NCBI GenBank assembly: GCA_963691875.1
Contig: OY829846.1
Coordinates: 4,448,001-4,512,000 of the forward strand
Length of the DNA stretch: 64,000 nucleotides
Direction: 5' to 3'
Source: Aureliella sp.
Lineage (GTDB): Bacteria > Planctomycetota > Planctomycetia > Pirellulales > Pirellulaceae
The stretch's first letter is position 1. Every line of letters begins with the position of its first letter. Positions 36,998-47,003 of the stretch are shown one piece after another. Made by a program: the position numbers and the translations under genes. Below the pieces are notes generated by a model. That model made no database searches, was not told the origin of the DNA, and saw only the letters and a program-made list of their open reading frames with translations.

Positions 36998-37993
36998 CTA
37001 ACGTCGCAAACGCGTTCTCACCTTGTGGAGATTGTCTTTCCAATAGTCGGTGAAACGCCACTTTCCTAATTCGCTCAATGCTTTCCAGTACGTGTGTGTT
37101 AGCCAGCCGCTTTCCTTGCCAGCTTCGGCCACACTCGTTTCGTACCCATGTTTTTCCAACTCACTGAATGCTATGGAATCATAGACTTTGCGTTGGGACG
37201 ATGAGTATTGATTAACCCATTTATTGCTATTTCCAAGTTTGATGTTAGGAAGCATCTCGTCTGTCAAGCTGGCCCGCAATGTGCCAGGCTCAGCGTCAAC
37301 GTCAAGGAAGCTTGCTAAGTTCATGAAAACTTCAACTGGTTCATCAAGGAAGTCTTCGTAACGGATATAGAACAACTGCTTATCGCTGAGGCTTGCGGCG
37401 AAATCATCGCCAGCTCGCATTACCTCACGCCAGTCATGAGCTGCCGAGAACATATTTTTCGGACCGAAATGAATGTGCTTTAGTGAAAGAGCGACATCCC
37501 TCCCATCCCGCACGACGTAGACGAATTGAGCTTCGGGGAACAGGTTATGGATTGAGGCCATATCGTGTATGTAACCAGGTGTCTTGTCACCCCAGCGATC
37601 CATCTTGAGATGTTTCGCAAAAGTCGAAAAAATGGCTCGGAGAAGTCCTGAATAACTGCGTTCTTCGATCGCCTGAAAGACCTGCTCTTCTGTGACGTTG
37701 AAGTCGCCAAATTTGCGGCTTCTTTTAAACCAACGCTCGGCGAGAATAGAGCGAATCAACGAACGCAAATTGCGGTCGTCGCTCAAGTCTCCATAGTTAT
37801 CGAGACTGCTTAGGAATCTGAGGATGAATTGGCTTTCGGTGCCGAAGGCGATTCCTAAATGCTGTCGCATTAGTGCAGCAATAATCGAAGTGCCACTTCG
37901 ACCATGTCCGAACAGGATTACCGGGGGACCTTCCCCTGTTGCGAGAGGTTCACTCGGAAAAGCATCCATTGGATTAGTCATAGCTATACTCAT
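36998..37993 (-). CDS. PAPS-dependent sulfotransferase
   Basis: 5'-PSB GHGRSGTS, WGDKTP, 3'-PB VRDGRDVALS, and IRYEDF. Confidence 0.9.
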   Translation of the reverse strand: MSIAMTNPMDAFPSEPLATGEGPPVILFGHGRSGTSIIAALMRQHLGIAFGTESQFILRFLSSLDNYGDLSDDRNLRSLIRSILAERWFKRSRKFGDFNVTEEQVFQAIEERSYSGLLRAIFSTFAKHLKMDRWGDKTPGYIHDMASIHNLFPEAQFVYVVRDGRDVALSLKHIHFGPKNMFSAAHDWREVMRAGDDFAASLSDKQLFYIRYEDFLDEPVEVFMNLASFLDVDAEPGTLRASLTDEMLPNIKLGNSNKWVNQYSSSQRKVYDSIAFSELEKHGYETSVAEAGKESGWLTHTYWKALSELGKWRFTDYWKDNLHKVRTRLRR

Positions 37994-38013
37994 CTCAGTG
38001 CCGGGCCTCTGGA

Positions 38014-39207
38014 TTAGTCCTTTGCCTCCTCTAGTAACTGTGCAAACCGCTGCGCGACACTAGTCCATGTTCGCTCTTTCATTTTTTCAGAGATGTAAAC
38101 GCGATCCCAATTGCGACCCAGGCCCTCGCATATTCCGACACTTGCGGCCTCACTACTGCGTTCTGGGAGGAGGATCCCCAGCTGGTTATCCGCCAATTCA
38201 TCCGGTATCCCACCGACAGGGGTAGCCATGGAGGGCGTACCGGAAGCGAGTGCTTCGAGTAGAACGTTGGGTGAGCCTTCGCTGGCGGACATAAGCCCAA
38301 ATAGATCTGCGGAATTAAACCACAGTACTAACTCGTCGTGAGGACATGGACCGGGAAGCAGGACGTGGTTCTGTAAGGCTAGTTCTTCAATTTTGGTTTG
38401 CAATGCACTAGTGTTGTCTCTTCCGAACCTTCCCGCCCTTCCAACAATTACAAGCAGAACATCAGGATATTTTGCTATGACCGAAGGCAATGCCTCCAGT
38501 AGAAGCTCGAATCCCTTGCGCGGAATCATTTCACCAACCGACAAGATGATTTTACGGTCTGCTGGAAGCTTCAAGCGCGCCCGACATTCGGACTGAGATA
38601 GCAACTGGAACTTGCTCGAATCAATTCCATTTGCCAATACCGTTGTTTTTTCGGGAGCCGCTCGATTGGCAAGCATTGCGTCAGCGATTTCGCGGCTCAC
38701 CCCTATGCATTTTGAACTCCGGGATAATGCCCAGCGAATCCGATCTCCTACAACCGGGTGATTCGGAAAGCTGAGCATGTCCTCGCCGCGGCCTGTCATG
38801 GTAACGGGCTTGGCAAAATGTGCTGCCAGCTTGGCAGCCACTACTCCACTTGGGTAGACAAAATGTGAATCGATTAGGTCAAAATCAAAGTCTTTTCGTA
38901 GTTTCTTGGCCAGTGGAAGAACACTGCGGTACATCAATTCGCTGTGGAAGTATCCGCCAATTTTCGGGGGAAGAAGGTAGCGCGGGTAATGTACCTCCAA
39001 GCCTTCGATTTCGGCCTGCGTTGGAACTTGAGACCACTTATGCCACGACTTAAATATCGGAATTGGCGGAAACCACGGCACGGGAGCTATTACCTTAACT
39101 TTAAACTGGTCTAGCTCGGAAAGTGCCTTGATTCTTTCCTTAACAAATACACCTCTGTTGGGATCAACAGGTGAAGGGAAGGTCGCACTGATTACAAGTA
39201 TTCGCAT
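38014..39207 (-). CDS. glycosyltransferase family 4 (TuaC-like)
   Basis: FP......G.FV, DSHFVYPSG, NGID, KGF..L and SEGSPNVLLEALASG.P. Confidence 0.92.
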   Translation of the reverse strand: MRILVISATFPSPVDPNRGVFVKERIKALSELDQFKVKVIAPVPWFPPIPIFKSWHKWSQVPTQAEIEGLEVHYPRYLLPPKIGGYFHSELMYRSVLPLAKKLRKDFDFDLIDSHFVYPSGVVAAKLAAHFAKPVTMTGRGEDMLSFPNHPVVGDRIRWALSRSSKCIGVSREIADAMLANRAAPEKTTVLANGIDSSKFQLLSQSECRARLKLPADRKIILSVGEMIPRKGFELLLEALPSVIAKYPDVLLVIVGRAGRFGRDNTSALQTKIEELALQNHVLLPGPCPHDELVLWFNSADLFGLMSASEGSPNVLLEALASGTPSMATPVGGIPDELADNQLGILLPERSSEAASVGICEGLGRNWDRVYISEKMKERTWTSVAQRFAQLLEEAKD

Positions 39208-39231
39208 TGGATAATCAGGATTTAATTGGGG

Positions 39232-41295
39232 CTAGTGCACGAAAGTTTGCCAGTTGCAATCACCGTGCGTCCAAGAGGTTAACAGCCTCTCAGGAGCCAT
39301 TTCGGGCCCGGCCACAAGGCCATTGATCGCAACCGAAAGTTCCTCACGATGACACTTCCCGATGAAAGTCAAAGAAAGATGAATCCCTTCGACCTCCTGT
39401 TGGATTTGCAGTCGAGTTCCGGGTTCTTGCAGACCGTATCCGGGGCAACGCCAAGCTTCTGGCCGCATCGATTCTGCTAAGTCAAATATCGTCGAGGCAG
39501 ATGGCGAACTAGACCATCTTTCAATTACGATGGCGCCCCATTGAGCTAGGGTTGCTGTTGAGTCATTGTTCTCATTTGCTCCCGACGGAAGTTGCCAGTA
39601 CCAAGAGCAGGCTCTTGGTGTATCTGTTTTCAAGAGATCTGCTACCCAAATGCCAGTACCCGGCTTTCCAAGAATGCATCGTTGGTGAGTAACTTCTGGC
39701 CACTCCAGAGTGCCGCTGCACATCCAAACATCATTTGATAAATCTGCTGTTATTAGCGGTCGAGCTACCTCACGCGACCAAGCTAAACGTCCCTCGGAAC
39801 GGACCAATTCAGCGCCGCTGATTTCAACCGTATTGTGGGCTGCTTGCGAACGGAAGTGACGAATCCATTCTGGATCCCCGTTATAAAACGGAATCCCACT
39901 GTCCTCGAGGACCTGATCGTCGCCACTGAAATAGAGGAGCTGCAAGGTATCGGCATGGCCGTGAGCAGTCGACGGAGTTGCATCTGGGAAAAGCCCCTTG
40001 GCAATTGGTCCAGCGTCGAAGAGCATCCAGTCCTTTTCGTCGCTAGCCAATACATAGCCAGAATCCTCCAGCACCTTTAGCTTAGGACTGCAGTGTGAAG
40101 TTTCACTGCGAAGCGAAGTCCAAGTGCGAACTCCGTCGTGACCAAAGAGGGCTTTCAATTCCTCTCCTGGTTCGTCGCCTTGAGCAGCCAGGGAAGGATC
40201 TTCAAATAGCAGAGCCGCGGCGTGGTTGAGACCGTCGAAATTCCAAAGGTCAGTACCATGCACCGGCAAAGCTCGCGCCGAGTCTAAGTCTCCGACATAG
40301 GGCCACCGGCCGTTCGGACGACGAAAGCTTAGCCCAGTTTGAAAAGCGTTGTGTACTACTGGTTCGATTTCCTCAATCGGTTGGGAGAATCTTCTGGCAG
40401 CTATCAAAGCGAGCGTCAAGAAACCAAGTGTGTAATAATGATAGCTCATTGCCTGCTCGACACAGAAGCCATCTTCATAAAACTGTTGCGGGCCGTATGT
40501 GACAAGTGCCTTGCGAGCCTGGGATTTCCACGCGAGTGCATGCTGGTGTTCAGCGAGGATTTCGCTGAGCATGTACAAAGCACTTGATTCTCCGATCAAA
40601 TGGTTGTACGGACTGGAGTAATACGAGAAGTGATGCGTGAGGTAGTGGGCATGGTCTGCAAGAGACTTCACAATCTTGTCGAGTCGTGCTTTTGTCGCCT
40701 TCGTATGCCCGATCTTGGATAGAGTGAAAACCCAGGAGATGGCGCGCATCGCGACTTCTAAGCCACTTGTCCAATTCACACCTTCATAGAGCGGATTCTG
40801 GTCAATCCAGTCTTCCCAAATCTGGCAGACGTGTACTCCCGCCGACTCCAGGTCCGGAGCATCTTTTTGATGGAGTAGATGAAGGAAGAATTGGTGTCTT
40901 GATAACTCCCATGGGTATTTGATGTCCGCCCCGTTTTCCAAGTTGTAGAGCTTCAAGTCTGCGTAGAATTTTCGCGGCCAGCCGTACCCAGAACGCGGAT
41001 CTGTGTGCCAGTCGATTTCTCCAGAAAGATCAAACTCGTGCCCCAAGAGAACAAAGTGACACGGGTCTTGGTTGGAAGTGAATGCTGCATCGTGTTCCGC
41101 CCAATCCTGCGCCAAACCAGGGCAAAGTGTCTCCGCCCGGGAAAGGACTCGGGCAAAGTCAAGTGGCTGGTTCGCCCATTCCCGACTACCTGTTCGCCAT
41201 GCTTTTCGTTCTTTCGATGCGTGGAGTTTATGCGCAAGCCGCTGCTTGATCTCACGCGGTGTCATTCGGCGCAACTTGGCTAATTTGGCATACAT
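39232..41295 (-). CDS. heparinase II/III family protein (polysaccharide lyase-like)
   Basis: DIKYPWELSRHQ, W...NP...GVNW.S.LEVAMR..SW, NHLIGE, DG...EQ...YH, HGHAD.L and RS..AHNT. Confidence 0.88.
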   Translation of the reverse strand: MYAKLAKLRRMTPREIKQRLAHKLHASKERKAWRTGSREWANQPLDFARVLSRAETLCPGLAQDWAEHDAAFTSNQDPCHFVLLGHEFDLSGEIDWHTDPRSGYGWPRKFYADLKLYNLENGADIKYPWELSRHQFFLHLLHQKDAPDLESAGVHVCQIWEDWIDQNPLYEGVNWTSGLEVAMRAISWVFTLSKIGHTKATKARLDKIVKSLADHAHYLTHHFSYYSSPYNHLIGESSALYMLSEILAEHQHALAWKSQARKALVTYGPQQFYEDGFCVEQAMSYHYYTLGFLTLALIAARRFSQPIEEIEPVVHNAFQTGLSFRRPNGRWPYVGDLDSARALPVHGTDLWNFDGLNHAAALLFEDPSLAAQGDEPGEELKALFGHDGVRTWTSLRSETSHCSPKLKVLEDSGYVLASDEKDWMLFDAGPIAKGLFPDATPSTAHGHADTLQLLYFSGDDQVLEDSGIPFYNGDPEWIRHFRSQAAHNTVEISGAELVRSEGRLAWSREVARPLITADLSNDVWMCSGTLEWPEVTHQRCILGKPGTGIWVADLLKTDTPRACSWYWQLPSGANENNDSTATLAQWGAIVIERWSSSPSASTIFDLAESMRPEAWRCPGYGLQEPGTRLQIQQEVEGIHLSLTFIGKCHREELSVAINGLVAGPEMAPERLLTSWTHGDCNWQTFVH

Positions 41296-41444
41296 GGTGC
41301 AGTTAGTCGCTTGTATAGATAGTCTGCGACATCCCCAATTGCACCCCACTCCAAAACGGAAACTGATCCATCATGCGAGACCCGACTTCACAGTGTTTCT
41401 TGCCCGGGGTGCAACCTTAGATAGCCCCGTGAGGCAGATCGAAT

Positions 41445-42158
41445 CTATTCCGGGCTCGGGGGATAATGCAGAGCTAGAGTGTCGTGTCCAATCCGAATCA
41501 GCTTGTATCCATGCTTAACAAGCAAGTTAATGCACGAAACTCGATCTGCAGCATTTAGGTGAAGGTGTTCGTATCGTATAAGTCTTGGTATGGGCAAACT
41601 ACTATTGAACGCCATCTTCAGGATTTCAAAATCAAAACCCTCGGTATCCACAATGAGCAAGTCTAGATGTGTAATCTCATATTTCTTAATTAATGTCGGA
41701 AAAGAGATGGTTTGGATTTGATGTTCCAAGATTGCAGAGGAAGCCGTTGTTTTTTCAAGCTGTTCCCGATCGAGCGAGGCCAACTGGCTCGAACGCTCGA
41801 CCGAGAAAAGAGTCTGTACTCCATCCGCATTTGCAAGGGCTGCGTTGCAGAAACTAAGTTGCTGTTCGTCCTTGTAGTTCTCAACCAATGTTCTGAAGAT
41901 ATCTGTTTGCGGTTCCAAAAGTAGCCCGCGCCAATGATGAAGCTTCACGAGCTTGTGAATTGGGTCACTTGAACATCCATCGTGTGCCCCGATCTGCATG
42001 AAGTAAAAATCAGAATTCTGGCGAAACACTGTATCTAGCAACACGGCGAATATGTCGAGTTCGTGTTCGTTGTAGCTGACCTTGCGCTCAATATGATAGC
42101 CACGGCTATTCGCAATACGATTCAGAAGTTTCTTGATCTTTTCCGTGAAGCTTACCAT
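41445..42158 (-). CDS. FkbM family methyltransferase
   Basis: QIGAHDG..SDP, GLLLEP, NAAL and DLLIVDTEGFDFEIL. Start at 42158 preferred; the ORF extends to 42263. Confidence 0.88.
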   Translation of the reverse strand: MVSFTEKIKKLLNRIANSRGYHIERKVSYNEHELDIFAVLLDTVFRQNSDFYFMQIGAHDGCSSDPIHKLVKLHHWRGLLLEPQTDIFRTLVENYKDEQQLSFCNAALANADGVQTLFSVERSSQLASLDREQLEKTTASSAILEHQIQTISFPTLIKKYEITHLDLLIVDTEGFDFEILKMAFNSSLPIPRLIRYEHLHLNAADRVSCINLLVKHGYKLIRIGHDTLALHYPPSPE

Positions 42159-42406
42159 CGAATGGGTCCAGGCTAGTCTGGCCAGATGAATACCTGATTC
42201 TCTCATGACCGGTGTATCAGAAAATGGGAGCGGCTCATTCCATGGTAGCACTTTATAACTCATGGATCAGATTTTGGGGAGCACGCCATCCGAATGCAAC
42301 ATTGTGTTGCTACGTGAGCTGATCGCAATATTCGAGAAATTCTGCGATTTCGGAATGATCACTCTTACCACGAATCTCGGATGAATAGTAACGCCATATC
42401 GAAGCA

Positions 42407-43282
42407 TTAAGCCAGTGCACAAGTTCGGAGTTTTGAAAGAGCCGGCTTGAGACTTTCAAAGTGTACAGGTTCATGTGGTCCGCCCGTTGGATGAACAGTG
42501 TAGTCACATCCAATGGCTGAGCAGATCTTCTTGAAATGTTGGAGCTTCAGATTATGCGAGAGTTCTAGAACTTTCGACTGCTTAGGCAGCCACAAGCAGT
42601 TCGCAAGACCTGCCCCATGTTGGCCGATAACAAGATGGGCCTGCGAAAACGCACGCACTTGCTCTTCAAAAGTTAATTGTTCCAAACGAACGTTTCGGAA
42701 TTTGAATGGTTTAGGCGTTGCGTTCGAAATAGCGTTGGCTAATTCTGTGTGATTGGGAATAGACCTTCGCGAAGATCCACCCCCTTTTTTTGTTGCCTCT
42801 TCCTTAAAAAAGTGATCAGGTGGCATCCTTTCAATCAACAATACCAAGCGACATGGTCCTGAGGGACCTATGGCGTACCTATGTAGTACAAATTGTCTAA
42901 ATGCGGCTATCTGTTGTCTAGATAAAGACACCAATTGTGGGTTCATCCCTCGCAGGACGAGGTCCATCGAATCGGATGGCGTATGAGGATCTATCGCCTT
43001 CGCACGGTCTCCGAAGAGCTCTTGTGTGATGTTCGCAAATGGGCCTCGCAGTCGCAATTTAAAGTTTGCCTGTGACTCGTTTACTAATAGGAACAGCGGG
43101 AGGCACAAGTCGAACAAAAAGTGATAGTAATGTTCTACGCAGGCGTCAGGTTTAAGGGTTAACGGCCCTGAACGCCTGTTTCTTAAAATGCTCCTGCGAT
43201 TCCGTTTGGCGACCCAGGCTCTTAGTCCTGCCAAAAAGGACTCCGGTATGAACTTCTTGGTTGAATTCAGTAACTTCGTCAC
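42407..43282 (-). CDS. glycosyltransferase family 61 (DUF563)
   Basis: HYYHFLFD, RSIPN..EL and LE.LTFEEQV..F..A.LVIGQHGAGLAN..W. Confidence 0.85.
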   Translation of the reverse strand: MTKLLNSTKKFIPESFLAGLRAWVAKRNRRSILRNRRSGPLTLKPDACVEHYYHFLFDLCLPLFLLVNESQANFKLRLRGPFANITQELFGDRAKAIDPHTPSDSMDLVLRGMNPQLVSLSRQQIAAFRQFVLHRYAIGPSGPCRLVLLIERMPPDHFFKEEATKKGGGSSRRSIPNHTELANAISNATPKPFKFRNVRLEQLTFEEQVRAFSQAHLVIGQHGAGLANCLWLPKQSKVLELSHNLKLQHFKKICSAIGCDYTVHPTGGPHEPVHFESLKPALSKLRTCALA

Positions 43283-43306
43283 TGTATGCGATAACCTTTC
43301 ACTTAC

Positions 43307-44491
43307 TCAGGCCGAGAGTCTTTCCGCCATAAATTCAATAACTTCTTGAGCTGTCTGGTCCCAACTGCAAATAGCAACACTCTCGGATACAGCTTTGTGA
43401 TCAAATTCCTGTCTTGCAACATGCTGAATCGCTTTGGCCAGAGCAATCTCATCATCAGCAGCAACGAGTTGGCCGTTGATGCCTGACCTCACGTACTTGT
43501 GGTTGTCGCCGACATCCGTAGCAACAACTGGCAAACCAGAAGCAAGAGCTTCTAGAATCGCATTGCAGCATCCCTCACGACGACTCGCAAGAACGAATAG
43601 GTCTGACTGACGCAGCACGTGAGAAAGCTTGAGCTGGTTTAGCGAACCCAGGTTCTTGACTTTTGTAACAAGTCCGAGTTCTGATATTAAATGCTCGACG
43701 GAGCGTGCGAATGTTGGTTCCGTGGCCTCGCCAATGAGGCGGAGTTCGAACTCAAATTTGAGTTTTGCCAGCCTTGCAAACGCCCGCAAAAGAGTGTCGT
43801 GGCCTTTCACATGGCGGAGGTTTCCAACACACACTATTTTTAGAGTTCTGTTCTGGACAATGTCAGTCTTCGTTGGGAAGAAAACTTGACGGTCAACACC
43901 ATTTGGGATTATCCGAATCCGATGTTCTTTGGCTCCCAATTTTTGTGCTAAGCTCGCCAGTGAACGGCTTACGGCGATAATGCCGTCAACTGATTCCAGG
44001 CACTGGCGCAGTTGTTTCCGGACTAACCTTTGTTTTACCCATTCTTCTTCCACACCACGAAGGGTTACAAAGCAGGGAATCTTTAGCTTCTGTGCAACAC
44101 GCCAACACGCTACTCCCTCTGGATATCCAAAGTGTGCGTCAAGAATCTGTTCCGACCCTGAACTCACAAAGGCGGGCTTGAGCCAATTTAAGATTGTTCT
44201 TTGCATCCAGTATGAATCAAGGAATTTCCCAATCCTCGGTAGGTAGGGCATCGGCAAATAGGAAGTCTCAAAACTGGCGCCATCAGGGTTTATTTCCTGA
44301 GACCAAGATCGAAGGAACGGGAACCATGGCTGGGGGCAGAGAGCGTCGATACGCGCGCGTTTGGACATCGCTTCAAGCCGATGGCGAACGAATAGGCCGC
44401 GTTCCGGATTTTGCATACTGGGAAGCGACATACAAACGGAACGAATTCTGAAATCTCTCACTTCGTCTTGTTGTCGACTAGAGACCAACAT
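43307..44491 (-). CDS. glycosyltransferase family 4
   Basis: DAHFGYPEG, TLRG, IPNGVD, KGHD.LL and SRREGCCNAILEALASGLPVVATDVG. Confidence 0.92.
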   Translation of the reverse strand: MLVSSRQQDEVRDFRIRSVCMSLPSMQNPERGLFVRHRLEAMSKRARIDALCPQPWFPFLRSWSQEINPDGASFETSYLPMPYLPRIGKFLDSYWMQRTILNWLKPAFVSSGSEQILDAHFGYPEGVACWRVAQKLKIPCFVTLRGVEEEWVKQRLVRKQLRQCLESVDGIIAVSRSLASLAQKLGAKEHRIRIIPNGVDRQVFFPTKTDIVQNRTLKIVCVGNLRHVKGHDTLLRAFARLAKLKFEFELRLIGEATEPTFARSVEHLISELGLVTKVKNLGSLNQLKLSHVLRQSDLFVLASRREGCCNAILEALASGLPVVATDVGDNHKYVRSGINGQLVAADDEIALAKAIQHVARQEFDHKAVSESVAICSWDQTAQEVIEFMAERLSA

Positions 44492-45825
44492 TAGTCGATT
44501 CGCGGAGAACTACTTGTAGCTTCGGATTCCGTCGAATCGTCCTCCAAGTTTTGCGATGCATAAGTTGCATAGGCCAAACTAACTGCGGCGAGCCAAAGGT
44601 ACCATTCGCCATCCAAAATGCTGGTGAAGAGTGTGCAGACTAGCTGCCCGATGAGTACCGATTGAAGGGCAGCCCCGAGGAAGGACATCTCATTTTTATT
44701 TTCCTTCGCATATTCCCGTGCTACTCGGAACATAGCAAAGTACGAGATAGCGAACGCGGAACTCAAGAGAATAAAACCTTGTACTCCCCAGCTTGTAAGA
44801 TTATCCAGAAAGCCATTATGAACGGACCGATACTCGCCAGCACGAAAGTGTTCGATATAGGTGGCCCCAAGGTCACTCTTAAATGCAGCTTTTGCGCCTT
44901 TTCCAAGAGGATAGTCTTGAACCATATTCAGCGCAGCCTCCCAATACAGGAGGCGCTCTCCAGCAGAATTGTCCCGTTCGCTTCCCTCCGCAAACGTCGA
45001 AAAAAACCTTTCCCAAATCCGGGCGTCACCAGCCTGGATGAGAATTGCAATGGCTCCGATCCCCAAGAGAGCCACGGCACGTATCCGCACCTGAGAGCGG
45101 GCCGCGACAATCAGCCAGACTCCAGACGCTATCAGTCCGAGAAATGCGCCGCGAGAGTTGCACCGCAGGACCGTATCAAGAATCAACGGTGCCATCGCAA
45201 CCGCAGCAATTCGGTACAGAGAAGATGGTGGAGATATGATGAAGTAGCCACAAAGGATAAGCCCCATAGACATGATGGCGGCAATTCCATTTGCCCCGCT
45301 CGCATTGGCGATTCCAATGCCTTCCAGACGACCAGCAATTGTCGTTCCCGCTTCGTTTACTACTACTTCGTACCCAACGTAGCCACAGAGCGACGTGATC
45401 GCGAACAAGAAGATGTGTAGATCCTCTGTCTTGTGAAGTGACAGCCTGATTAGGAATGCTAGGCCAACGGACTTCCATAGCAAATCGAAGTACTTCGCAC
45501 TTACGTCTGGATTTGCGGCCAGAAGGTTATGTACCAAGAAGGCATTGATGAGATAGAGGAACGCGAAGACCGCGACACGGAAGCAGTTTTTCGAGGTAGG
45601 AGCTCGACGACTCCAGTTCGCAAATACGATCAAAACAAGTGCCAAGGCCGCCAACAGGTTCCAACGCATCGTGATGGACGTCAATAGTCCTTTTCCCCAC
45701 CACCAAAACTGCGGGGCTGCGAAGAATGTCATCAAATAAGCGCAGCACGCAAAGACCGGCCGACGAACTGACGCCGCAAGCAGCGAGCAGAAAATCAGTA
45801 ACCACGCTATTGCGGTAGCACTCAC
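44491..45825 (-). CDS. O-antigen ligase / Wzy-like polymerase (exosortase-associated O-glycosylation ligase-like)
   Basis: About 12 TM segments, P..WWWG near the N-terminus, NSRGAFLGL, S...RL..W and PLG.G...SVHN.F.....WGV.G. Confidence 0.82.
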   Translation of the reverse strand: MSATAIAWLLIFCSLLAASVRRPVFACCAYLMTFFAAPQFWWWGKGLLTSITMRWNLLAALALVLIVFANWSRRAPTSKNCFRVAVFAFLYLINAFLVHNLLAANPDVSAKYFDLLWKSVGLAFLIRLSLHKTEDLHIFLFAITSLCGYVGYEVVVNEAGTTIAGRLEGIGIANASGANGIAAIMSMGLILCGYFIISPPSSLYRIAAVAMAPLILDTVLRCNSRGAFLGLIASGVWLIVAARSQVRIRAVALLGIGAIAILIQAGDARIWERFFSTFAEGSERDNSAGERLLYWEAALNMVQDYPLGKGAKAAFKSDLGATYIEHFRAGEYRSVHNGFLDNLTSWGVQGFILLSSAFAISYFAMFRVAREYAKENKNEMSFLGAALQSVLIGQLVCTLFTSILDGEWYLWLAAVSLAYATYASQNLEDDSTESEATSSSPRID

Positions 45826-47003
45826 TTCCGCAAAGCCTCCTGTTTGTTTGCCACGGCATCGGAAACGGCTGAGGAGTACATTCGTTCAAATCCGTCCAGC
45901 ATCGCGCGTTCAGAATACCGATCCTGATGACGTAGAAGCGAGTTTCTTGCCAATAATTTACTTTGCTCAGGTGAATTCACAAGTTTCTCGATAGCCTTGG
46001 CAAACTCTAACGCATCTTGCGAATTAAAGATTATGCCACATGGTGATTCGCCGGCTAGCATTCGACTTGAATCTCCAACGTTACTCGCAATGACCGGTTT
46101 ACCAACGGCCATCGCTTCCATAATGGATTGACTCATTCCTTCACTGGTGCTGCAATTGGTGTAGGCGTCAAAAGCGGAAAGGAATTGCCAAGCGTTTTCT
46201 TGATGTCCAACGAAGTGCACGTGGTCCTGTAGGCTGGCTTTGCGAACGAGAGCTTCTAAGGAACTTCGTTCTGGGCCGTCTCCCACAATCATGAGGCAGA
46301 CTTCTCGGTGTTTGCAAGTTTTCCTTGCAAGTTGTAACGCTTCGATAGCCAAAGGGAAATTCTTCACCCCAACTAGCCTACCTACTGTTCCCAGCAAGAA
46401 TACGTTTGAGGAAATGGAATGCCTACTTCGTATGCTATGTCTTGCTTCGTTGAGCCATTCGCTTGAATAGGGGACATCGACGCCGTTGGGAATAATGGCC
46501 AATTTGTCGCCGAGTTGTCCGCAGGCTTTTTCTATCTTTCCCGCGACGCAATGTGAATTGGTCATAACGGTACGGGCTCGCCCAATCGCCCAACGCATTA
46601 CCTGTTGGCGTACAAACTCCTTCAGCCTTCCAGGATTGTCTGAACCGAGAACGCTACCTCGCTCAGCATGGACGTGCGAGATTGACTTTATTCGTTTGGC
46701 AGCTAACGCGGTTTCGACTAGGGTACCCCAATTGTGCGAATGGACGACATCAGCACCAACATCTACAAGGCATGAAGCCAGTTTTTTTATGACTTGAAAG
46801 CTGTTGCCTGACCCTTTTCGAAGTTCGATTACCTCCACATCGTCGACTTCCAGCCAATCTTGCGCAGTACCCGTTCTGTCCAGGCAAATCACGGATGCTC
46901 TGAAGAGTTCTCGGTTTAGTCCGTTGGCGACGCGGGTGACACATCGCTCCATGCCGCCTACATTAAACTTGGTTACCACAAAGGTGACGTGGATAGGCGA
47001 CAT
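45822..47003 (-). CDS. glycosyltransferase family 4 (PEP-CTERM/EpsH-associated sugar transferase-like)
   Basis: GGMER, VVHSHNWGT, HAERG, IPNGVD, VGRL..VKN and SEGMS.SIMEAMA.G.PVIASNVG. Confidence 0.92.
   Translation of the reverse strand: MSPIHVTFVVTKFNVGGMERCVTRVANGLNRELFRASVICLDRTGTAQDWLEVDDVEVIELRKGSGNSFQVIKKLASCLVDVGADVVHSHNWGTLVETALAAKRIKSISHVHAERGSVLGSDNPGRLKEFVRQQVMRWAIGRARTVMTNSHCVAGKIEKACGQLGDKLAIIPNGVDVPYSSEWLNEARHSIRSRHSISSNVFLLGTVGRLVGVKNFPLAIEALQLARKTCKHREVCLMIVGDGPERSSLEALVRKASLQDHVHFVGHQENAWQFLSAFDAYTNCSTSEGMSQSIMEAMAVGKPVIASNVGDSSRMLAGESPCGIIFNSQDALEFAKAIEKLVNSPEQSKLLARNSLLRHQDRYSERAMLDGFERMYSSAVSDAVANKQEALRK

Noticed and set aside
44662..45420. 252-aa plus-strand ORF
   Set aside because: It is antisense to the well-supported ligase gene and has no motifs; a shadow ORF.
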